The position numbers and the translations under genes were made by a program. From Candidatus Kaiserbacteria bacterium RIFCSPHIGHO2_01_FULL_53_31 (lineage in GTDB: Bacteria > Patescibacteriota > Minisyncoccia > Phycocordibacterales > Phycocordibacteraceae), in assembly GCA_001781095.1 (NCBI GenBank), contig MFKU01000010.1:14254-78253 (forward strand): a stretch of 64,000 nucleotides of DNA, given 5' to 3'. Numbering within the stretch: position 1 is the stretch's first letter; each line of letters starts with the position of its first letter. The notes below the pieces were generated by a model. It had not been told where the DNA came from. It saw only the letters and a program-made list of their open reading frames with translations, and ran no database searches. Below are positions 19,229 to 26,546 of the stretch, one piece after another.

Positions 19229-19903
19229 TTATAGCCAATCGATCGGAATTTCGCCGTGTTCAATTAAATATTCGTTGACTTTACTGAAGTGCTTGCAGCC
19301 GAAGAAGCCAGAAGCGGCAGAGAAGGGCGAGGGGTGTGTCGCTTCGAGCACGAGATGTTTGCTGCGGTCGATGTGCGCACCTTTCGCCTTCGCATAATTG
19401 CCCCACAGTATAAAAACGAGATTCTCGCGCTGTTCGGACAAGGCGCGTATAACTGCGTCAGTAAAAAGCTCCCAGCCGCGGCCCTGATGCGAGCCGGCGT
19501 TATGCGCACGCACGGTCAGTGTCGCGTTGAGTAACAGGACGCCCTGCTCCGCCCAACGGGTAAGATCCCCTTTCTTCGCCGAAGCTACGCAGGGCATGCC
19601 AGTATCGCTTTCGACTTCTTTGAAGATATTTTGTAATGACGGTGGAATCGTTACCCCTTCATCTACGGCGAAGGCAAGCCCGTTTGCCTGTCGTGGGCCG
19701 TGATACGGATCTTGTCCAAGGATCACGACCTTTACCTTTTCAAACGGACACAGATCGAACGCGCGGAAAATGTTCTTCGGTGCTGGATACACTGTTCCCT
19801 CTTTGTATTCCTTTTTAACAAACTCCGTAAGCTCTTCGAAGTATTTCTGCGAGAACTCATCTGCGAGATGCGCCTTCCAGCTCTGATTAATTTTCACTTC
19901 CAT
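19229..19903 (-). CDS. ung: uracil-DNA glycosylase, family 1
   Basis: GQDPYH water-activating motif and HPSPFS motif; start at MEVKINQSW (ATG). Confidence 0.9.
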   Translation of the reverse strand: MEVKINQSWKAHLADEFSQKYFEELTEFVKKEYKEGTVYPAPKNIFRAFDLCPFEKVKVVILGQDPYHGPRQANGLAFAVDEGVTIPPSLQNIFKEVESDTGMPCVASAKKGDLTRWAEQGVLLLNATLTVRAHNAGSHQGRGWELFTDAVIRALSEQRENLVFILWGNYAKAKGAHIDRSKHLVLEATHPSPFSAASGFFGCKHFSKVNEYLIEHGEIPIDWL

Positions 19904-19906
19904 ATA

Positions 19907-19924
19907 TTGATTCTGCAGAATCAA
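19907..19924. promoter_or_regulatory. perfect 18-bp palindrome abutting the ung start codon
   Basis: TTGATTCTG/CAGAATCAA, 4 nt upstream of the ung ATG. Confidence 0.35.
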
Positions 19925-19940
19925 GCCGCGCAATTGTCCA

Positions 19941-20726
19941 TTACGACGCGGCCTTCCTTACTTTTTTATGTGCGACGAGAAGTTGCTTACCAGCGTTTTC
20001 TCGATACGTGCAGTAGTCGCAGGGTCCTCCACCAAAGGCGGTACCCATCGGCGGGATTTCATCGCTCACGAGCATTTCTTTCATCGCGAGGATCGTCTGT
20101 TCAACCCAGGTATCACTGCCCGCGTACGGGATAAGCACGATATCGAACTCCAGTTTACCGTCAAAGGCCTTCGCGTCTGACTTGCCGTTTGCGTATACGA
20201 AATAACCCGTTGGCGAGACATTGAACCCATTTCTGCGGAAGAGCCATTGGTAAATCTCCATCTGCCGTTTGTAGGAATCGTAGAGATCATCTTCGGACGA
20301 CGGGCCTTCTTTTTTGCTCGTCGCTTTGTAGTCAACGATGATGAGTTCGCCTGCCGGATTGACCCAAACGTCGTCGATACCGCCGCGTATGAAGAGATTT
20401 GTCGGTTTGTGCAGATAGTTGATACCGCGACGCAGCGCATCGCGCCACCCGTCGAGACGATCGTCCGCCAGTGGCACTGCATCAACGTCATACTGTGACA
20501 TGAGAGGATGCGCCGTGCCATTTGCCCGATGCACATCGAACTCACGCTTAAAGAGTTCGTCAACCGCGTTGTTCAGCGTGAATGCGGGACCGGACGGTCG
20601 TTTGACCCCATAGCGCAGATCGAGAAACGCGCAGCGCGGGCATTCTGAAAAGAGATCGATCTTTGATCGACTTACTTTAAACGGTTCTTTTGAAGCAGGA
20701 TCAAACGCCATATGATTCAGCGGCAA
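19941..20726 (-). CDS. Cas4/RecB-like PD-(D/E)XK nuclease with 4-Cys Fe-S cluster
   Basis: N-terminal CPRC, motifs GIDDV ... IVDYK ... QMEIYQW, C-terminal CDYC; standalone, with no cas1/cas2 or repeat array nearby. Confidence 0.7.
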   Translation of the reverse strand: MPLNHMAFDPASKEPFKVSRSKIDLFSECPRCAFLDLRYGVKRPSGPAFTLNNAVDELFKREFDVHRANGTAHPLMSQYDVDAVPLADDRLDGWRDALRRGINYLHKPTNLFIRGGIDDVWVNPAGELIIVDYKATSKKEGPSSEDDLYDSYKRQMEIYQWLFRRNGFNVSPTGYFVYANGKSDAKAFDGKLEFDIVLIPYAGSDTWVEQTILAMKEMLVSDEIPPMGTAFGGGPCDYCTYRENAGKQLLVAHKKVRKAAS

Positions 20727-21585
20727 CGACGTCAGCAGTTACGTGTGGGAGAGCGAGCAGACCGTCGGCCTCGGCGAGCAGTTCACCCGTGCGCTCGCCC
20801 GAAAGATGTAATGCATCCAGCGTACGGCGATCACGTAAAACTTCATCGACTGCGATCGTGCCCTGCTCGATGAGAATGCGTTTCTCTGCGCGCGTGAGAC
20901 CGGTGAGCGCCGTCACGGGATACACGCTTGCACGGCTCATGCGCATGAAGAGACTATCTTGCATTGGATAGCCCCAGCCGAGGAGCTCAACACCGGCGCA
21001 TTCGGCGTACGCGATTGCTTCTGTTGTAAATTTTGTATTCGTGACGAGGAGGCCGCGATCGATTGGACAGGCGCGAGCAGTGGCATCACAATTGAAAATG
21101 TCGTCGAACCGGCTCTTCACATATAACGCAACTTTCAGATCTGTTTTGTAGCCGGGATCATTGTGATATTTGAGTTCGGCAGCGAGATGTACGCCCTGAT
21201 CCTTGTGCGATGCGTAGAAGTCGACCTCGTGCGAGACGCAATGTCCTTTTATTATCTTGCGCGTCTCGACCTGCCACCCGTCTGCACGATAGAGATGGGA
21301 GATGAAATCCTCAAACGGGTGCCCCGTGGGGCCAAGTTCGAAGAGCGCGCGGCGAAGCGCATATCGCGCGGCAATCGGTCGCGCTTCTCTGCGCAGCAGT
21401 GTGAACGCACGTGTGTACACCTCACGCGAAGAAGCTCCTTGCGTGACTGTATTGGAGATGGTTTCAGCGATTCGCTCTGCCGTATGCGCTCCTGCGCCGG
21501 CCCGCTTGAGTGACGAGACGAGCCGTATCGGGTCGAAAGTTTCTGTTGTTCCGTCGGCTTTGCGTATGGCAGGCAAAGGCGTCAT
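20701..21585 (-). CDS. ATP-cone domain fused to Mrr-like restriction-endonuclease domain, with C-terminal HhH-like tail
   Basis: N-terminal IRKADGTTETFDPIRLVSSLKRAG (ATP-cone pattern), then HLYRADGWQVE...DFYASH...LKVALYVKS...LLVTNTKFTTEA (Mrr_cat-like). Confidence 0.55.
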   Translation of the reverse strand: MTPLPAIRKADGTTETFDPIRLVSSLKRAGAGAHTAERIAETISNTVTQGASSREVYTRAFTLLRREARPIAARYALRRALFELGPTGHPFEDFISHLYRADGWQVETRKIIKGHCVSHEVDFYASHKDQGVHLAAELKYHNDPGYKTDLKVALYVKSRFDDIFNCDATARACPIDRGLLVTNTKFTTEAIAYAECAGVELLGWGYPMQDSLFMRMSRASVYPVTALTGLTRAEKRILIEQGTIAVDEVLRDRRTLDALHLSGERTGELLAEADGLLALPHVTADVVAAESYGV

Positions 21586-21995
21586 AGAACGGTCGTCGTC
21601 GCATCCATACCGTTCACGGTCGCTGTTATAGGGAGACCAGCTTGTCCGGTCACGGTCGTTGAGAAATCCAGAGACGTCGGCACCTGTAGACAGATGCCCT
21701 CGTCGACAGAAAGCGTAATCGCAACATGAATTCTCTCAGTACTGGACGCATCGCCGGTGAGTGTCGCATTCGAGCTAGCTCGACTGCAGACATTCGGCGC
21801 ATCAACAGAGCCAGTGATGGTATGCACGCCTTTCTTAAACGTGTCCCGAAGCGTGACGGTGGGTACCGTTGTCGCGGTGGCCGCTTGCTTGGCAACGCTC
21901 GCGCCGTCGCGCACGCTCGGAACCGAGATGATGAATCCGACGATCACAATGCTCGCAATAATAGCTGCAGCCGCCCAAAGACGCGTATGACTCAT
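21582..21995 (-). CDS. small membrane-anchored/secreted protein, hypothetical
   Basis: N-terminal TM (AAAAIIASIVIVGFIISV), Thr/Ser-rich; ATGA-type 4-nt overlaps with both neighbours. Confidence 0.45.
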   Translation of the reverse strand: MSHTRLWAAAAIIASIVIVGFIISVPSVRDGASVAKQAATATTVPTVTLRDTFKKGVHTITGSVDAPNVCSRASSNATLTGDASSTERIHVAITLSVDEGICLQVPTSLDFSTTVTGQAGLPITATVNGMDATTTVL

Positions 21996-22993
21996 GCGGC
22001 AATAATACCACCACCGATGAGATTGCCGCTATGGTAGAAAACCATCGATTGACCGGGCGCAGGGATCTCCGGCAATTCATCCGAAGAAACAAACACATTA
22101 TTCCTGATTTCGCCGCGAATATGGGGACCGCGGTAACGATACTGAGCTTCTATCGCGCCCTTAGGTCTTGCGAACCAGTTCTCATGAACAATCAGTATTT
22201 CTTTTTTTGTACGGATGCCTCCCGAAATGCGTTCTTTCCCCACCATCAGCTGATTCAGTGAAATATTCTTCGCATGGACAAACCATGGGCCGGGCTCTGT
22301 TGCCCCGACGAGCACGACACGCTCGCCAAGTGTATGCAATAAAACTCCGTTATGCGTGCCGACCATGCGACCACTCTGATCAATCGCTTCGCCCGGAGCC
22401 TCTCCGAATTCAGCTCGCAAGAATTCTTCAATAGAAATTGAACCCAAGAAGCACACTCCCTGGCTGTCTCGCTTTTCCGCAACCGGCAGTTTGAACGTAT
22501 GTGCGAGCGCACGTACCGTGTCTTTTTCGAAATCGCCAACGGGAAAAATCGTTTTCTCCAGAATGTCTTTTGGTACCGCCCAGAGGAAATAGCTCTGATC
22601 TTTCTCGCCCGAGCGGTAATGACCCATTGCGATAGCGTCGGCGCCGGCCGCCTTCGCGTACCGATAGAACGCGCCAAACTTCACTTCCCTGTTGCACATC
22701 ACATCGGGATTCGGCGTTCGACCGGCGCGGTATTCCGATAGCAAATAATCAATAACACCACTCTTGTACTCTGCGCTCGCGTCCAGTGTCCGGAAAGGGA
22801 TCTGGAGTCGCGCCGCTGTACGCATCGCGTCGCGGCGGTCCTCTGTCCATGTGCATGGCATCCCGGGCGGATACCAGCCCTTAATAAACACCCCCGTCAC
22901 CTGCGCTCCCGCCTCTCTCAACAGCGCAGCCGACACGGCCGAGTCCACGCCCCCCGAGAGTCCCGCAAACACATTCTTCCCTTTCACGTTCAT
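21992..22993 (-). CDS. mnmA: tRNA-specific 2-thiouridylase MnmA
   Basis: PP-loop SGGVDSAV; 333 aa. Confidence 0.9.
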   Translation of the reverse strand: MNVKGKNVFAGLSGGVDSAVSAALLREAGAQVTGVFIKGWYPPGMPCTWTEDRRDAMRTAARLQIPFRTLDASAEYKSGVIDYLLSEYRAGRTPNPDVMCNREVKFGAFYRYAKAAGADAIAMGHYRSGEKDQSYFLWAVPKDILEKTIFPVGDFEKDTVRALAHTFKLPVAEKRDSQGVCFLGSISIEEFLRAEFGEAPGEAIDQSGRMVGTHNGVLLHTLGERVVLVGATEPGPWFVHAKNISLNQLMVGKERISGGIRTKKEILIVHENWFARPKGAIEAQYRYRGPHIRGEIRNNVFVSSDELPEIPAPGQSMVFYHSGNLIGGGIIAA

Positions 22994-22995
22994 AT

Positions 22996-23937
22996 TTATT
23001 TCAAATACTTATTTCGATTGGCTTGATGGCCGGCGAAGGTCGTTGCGTAATGCATCAAGGTATCACTGCCAGTGAGGTAGTACAAATAATTAGTTTCTGC
23101 TGGATGCAATGCCGCGTTGATTGATTCGATGCCCGGGTTCGCGATGGGGCCGGGCGGCAATCCTTTGTGCGTGTAGGTGTTGTACGGCGAATTAACGCGG
23201 AGATCCGTAAGTGATGGTGAATACGTATCGCGCTCAAAAATATAACCGAAAACGGCATCGACTTGGAGCGGCATGCCCCTCTCGAGACGATTCCATAGAA
23301 TACCCGCCACCATGCGCTTGCTCTCTTCCGTGCGCGCTTCCTTCTCGATAAGCGACGCCATAATGACAATGTCAGAAAGTGGGCGATGCGACGCAGTAAT
23401 CTCTTCACTGATGAGTGCAGTGTTCATGTCGAAATTCGCGCGCATGACCGCAACGATAGCTGCCGCATCCGCAGATGGCGAGAAGAAATACGTGTCGGGG
23501 AACAAATACCCTTCATACTGTTTCGCCACCGTGAGGAATTCTTCCGCCGATATTCCGGGCAGGGCGGCTGCTACCTGCTTTGCCGTCTCGCGTACGGTTG
23601 TTCCCTCTTCAAAGGTGATGCGCGTGAGCGGCAACCCATAATCGGCCGCAAGCAATCGGCGGATGATTCTGAAGAGACTCTCGGGGGTATTGAAGCGGTA
23701 GGTCCCCGCATGCACTGCCCCGTCATATCCTGCGACGCGTAATATGATCCGAAGCGGCGTGGCGTAGGCGATGACGTCTGCACGCGCGAGTTTTTCGGCA
23801 ATGGCAGACGCGGACGATCCCTTTTCAATACTGACCGTGCCCGGGACGAAATCAGGCGGCAATGAAATAACGATGCTGCCACCCACTAATACGAGTGCAA
23901 CGCCAACAGCCGTCATCCGCCGCGTAAAGAATTCCAT
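22996..23937 (-). CDS. mltG: endolytic murein transglycosylase MltG (YceG family)
   Basis: N-terminal TM, YceG-like core GLPPGPIANPG...YLYYL; start taken at MEFFTRR. Confidence 0.8.
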   Translation of the reverse strand: MEFFTRRMTAVGVALVLVGGSIVISLPPDFVPGTVSIEKGSSASAIAEKLARADVIAYATPLRIILRVAGYDGAVHAGTYRFNTPESLFRIIRRLLAADYGLPLTRITFEEGTTVRETAKQVAAALPGISAEEFLTVAKQYEGYLFPDTYFFSPSADAAAIVAVMRANFDMNTALISEEITASHRPLSDIVIMASLIEKEARTEESKRMVAGILWNRLERGMPLQVDAVFGYIFERDTYSPSLTDLRVNSPYNTYTHKGLPPGPIANPGIESINAALHPAETNYLYYLTGSDTLMHYATTFAGHQANRNKYLK

Positions 23938-23944
23938 GCAATGG

Positions 23945-25291
23945 TTAGAGAGGCAGATTCGCCGGAGCTTCACTCGTGGCCGACTGAATGCGTTCGAGAC
24001 TCGGTGTCTCAACCGCACGCGACGGTATGTGGAAGATGGTCGCGAGTTCTTCGGTGCTCATCACCATTTCCTTGCCCACTGCCGGCTCATAGAAAAATTG
24101 GCGACGCCGATACGCGTCAATAATCCCGCGACGAAAATGATCTTTAAGCTTCGCGGCACCGATTTCCCAGGGATAATCGTCGAACTTTGCGAGCCAACCA
24201 GTGTGCTTCATGCCATTCCACCCCTCAGACGAGAATTGTTTAAAGAGGCCCGTCATGCCCGCGATGACGGTAACATCAAACTTCCCTTGCTCGACGATAT
24301 ATACCGCACGTGCGCCGACATCAAAAGCGAGTTTCGAAACGTTGCGCTCGATGGCGGCAATCTTTTCCGACTGGCCCTTCGTCGGGTTCGGGAATCCCGG
24401 GCGCTCTTCGCCGGTCACGGGATCGACGTACGGATCGCGAGTCTCCTTCCGAATGTTCGCAACAAGTTCTAACGCTTCATCCTTCCAGGTATAGGGCTTA
24501 CCCGCTTTATTAAGCTTGTTGTATTTCTCGCCCTTATGCATGCGGATGACGAGTTGGAGCCAGAGATATTCGCCCTTCCGCATCGATCCCATGAATTCGA
24601 CTAGGTTCGCGAGCGGGTCGACTTGTTCGGGCTCCTTCTGGACTTTATCGAGTCCATACTCGACATACGTTTTAATCGGTATTGGATCTTTCTCCGTGTA
24701 TTTGAAATCGCAGCCCCAGATACTCCACTCTTCGGGAGTCGCGGTCAGAAACCGTGTGTAATCCTGCGCTTCGACAATCTGCGTCCCCGGGTACTGCGCA
24801 TACATCTGTGCTTCGATGAGACGACGGAAGTTTGCCCGCGTCCAAATATAGAAATGCACCTGGCCCTCGAACGAAGCTATCTCAAGAGAGAACCACGGGC
24901 GCGTCGCGCCCTTCCAATATTTGATATACCACGTGCCCTCGCCGCCCCCGATATGCAGGCCAGAGAGAAACGCCTCCATGGCGAGCGGCGTCTTCACGAG
25001 ATTGCGTGGCGGTTTGATCTCGAGCAGGACATGCTTCTGTTTCGCGGTAAATTCTGAACGGCGGAAAATGACCCAGATTGTCCACGCGCTACCGATAATG
25101 AGCACCGGCAGCCAGAGGGGTGCGAGGAAGAGCGCCATCGAGAGAGCAAGCGAAACGACCTTCGGCATGAACACAGCCGCCATAAAGAGAAGTGCGAGAC
25201 CGAGAATAAAAAGAGGCCATGGCTGGAGCCGTACGCCGAATGTATCTTTCAGTTCGTCCGCTTTCTCATCAATTTTCGAAAACAACCCCAT
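23945..25291 (-). CDS. hypothetical membrane protein (two N-terminal TM segments, ~350-aa soluble domain)
   Basis: 448 aa; no motif recognised. Confidence 0.5.
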   Translation of the reverse strand: MGLFSKIDEKADELKDTFGVRLQPWPLFILGLALLFMAAVFMPKVVSLALSMALFLAPLWLPVLIIGSAWTIWVIFRRSEFTAKQKHVLLEIKPPRNLVKTPLAMEAFLSGLHIGGGEGTWYIKYWKGATRPWFSLEIASFEGQVHFYIWTRANFRRLIEAQMYAQYPGTQIVEAQDYTRFLTATPEEWSIWGCDFKYTEKDPIPIKTYVEYGLDKVQKEPEQVDPLANLVEFMGSMRKGEYLWLQLVIRMHKGEKYNKLNKAGKPYTWKDEALELVANIRKETRDPYVDPVTGEERPGFPNPTKGQSEKIAAIERNVSKLAFDVGARAVYIVEQGKFDVTVIAGMTGLFKQFSSEGWNGMKHTGWLAKFDDYPWEIGAAKLKDHFRRGIIDAYRRRQFFYEPAVGKEMVMSTEELATIFHIPSRAVETPSLERIQSATSEAPANLPL

Positions 25292-25426
25292 GGTTATGTC
25301 ATACAGTATACCCGAGCACTAACCGTAATCGAAGCGCTCGCGTGCACAACCAGTAATGATGCAACCATAGAAATAATCGGTTAGTGCTGGGTATACCAAC
25401 AAAAACGGCGCTGCCAGCGCCGTTTT

Positions 25427-26500
25427 CTACACAACCGAGTAGCGGCCGTCCTTCAGGCGCTTGAAATGTCGAGGGTCGTTCAGATTAACGAGAATGGTGT
25501 TGTCCTTGACGAAGCGCGCGCGTCGCACATGCTTGATGATCTCGTCTTTCTTCAACGGGCCATTCTTCTCGAGCACTTCGTGGATAACGTCGCGCACGAC
25601 GCCAGGAGTGTAGCCCCATTCGGTAAGTGCATAAAGGCCGCGGCCAACGAGTACAAAGCGAGGATCCTTGATGAGCTCGTTATGTGTCGTCGCGATGTGC
25701 GCCTTCTTAGAGAAGAGTGCGCTGATTGCCTTCGAGACTTCAGAGAAGTGCATCGGGGAGCCGTGGCGCTTGATAGCAAGATAGGCGTAGTCGCGGATGC
25801 CTTTTATGCGGATGGCCGGTGCAGTCGCGCGACCCCACTCGGCGAGCGGGTTGCTGCCGATGTGCTTGGAGAGCGTGAGCCAACGTTTCAGAACCTCCTC
25901 ATTCTTATACGCATCGTTGACTCCCTTGAGTTCGTCGAGGAAGCGATCAAGAAGCTCTCCCTCTGGGAACACATCGTCATCTTTGAGCGAGGAATAGAGC
26001 CTAGTGAGCGCCTCGTGGATCTTCTTTGCAGTCGCGGCGTCCACGTGCCAGCGCGCGAGGAACTCGTCAGTCTCACGTTCGCGAATAAATGCAGAGCCGA
26101 CGACGAGCAAGAAACGGAATCGGTTGCGCGTCTTGTCATCTTTCCCGAGCATGTTGAGAAGCGTATCTTCGGCCACGATGGCGCCAAGGGATTCGATGTA
26201 GCGCGCGAGCTCGCCAAACGCTGCGCCTGACTCCTTAAACACCTTGCTTCCGCGGATGGCAGAGAGTCCGGCGGCCTCAATCTGTCGAACGCGCTCGCGA
26301 GTAATATTCAAACGATCCCCGATGGCTTCAAGCGTCTCGCTCTTGGGGCTCGTGCCGAGGCCAAAACGCTGGATCAGCACCTTGCGCGAACGCTCGGACG
26401 CTGCGGCCAGGAGCCGCTTAACGAGGGCGGTGCTGTCGAACGAGAAAGAGGCGGTATTTGCGGCCTTTCCGTTCTTCTTTTTGTTAGTTATGACAGCCAT
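25427..26500 (-). CDS. sigma-70 region-4 HTH domain protein
   Basis: RFGLGTSPKSETLEAIGDRLNITRERVRQIEAAGLSAIR is a near-consensus sigma70_r4; the remaining ~250 aa are unassigned. Confidence 0.55.
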   Translation of the reverse strand: MAVITNKKKNGKAANTASFSFDSTALVKRLLAAASERSRKVLIQRFGLGTSPKSETLEAIGDRLNITRERVRQIEAAGLSAIRGSKVFKESGAAFGELARYIESLGAIVAEDTLLNMLGKDDKTRNRFRFLLVVGSAFIRERETDEFLARWHVDAATAKKIHEALTRLYSSLKDDDVFPEGELLDRFLDELKGVNDAYKNEEVLKRWLTLSKHIGSNPLAEWGRATAPAIRIKGIRDYAYLAIKRHGSPMHFSEVSKAISALFSKKAHIATTHNELIKDPRFVLVGRGLYALTEWGYTPGVVRDVIHEVLEKNGPLKKDEIIKHVRRARFVKDNTILVNLNDPRHFKRLKDGRYSVV

Positions 26501-26546
26501 GTGTTGTAATTTATAGCAAACAGCTAATAGAAAGTCAATGCAACCC

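Noticed and set aside
19941-21585. CRISPR-Cas locus suggested by the Cas4-like nuclease.
   Set aside because: There is no cas1/cas2 and no repeat-spacer array anywhere in the window. Cas4-family nucleases occur widely outside CRISPR.
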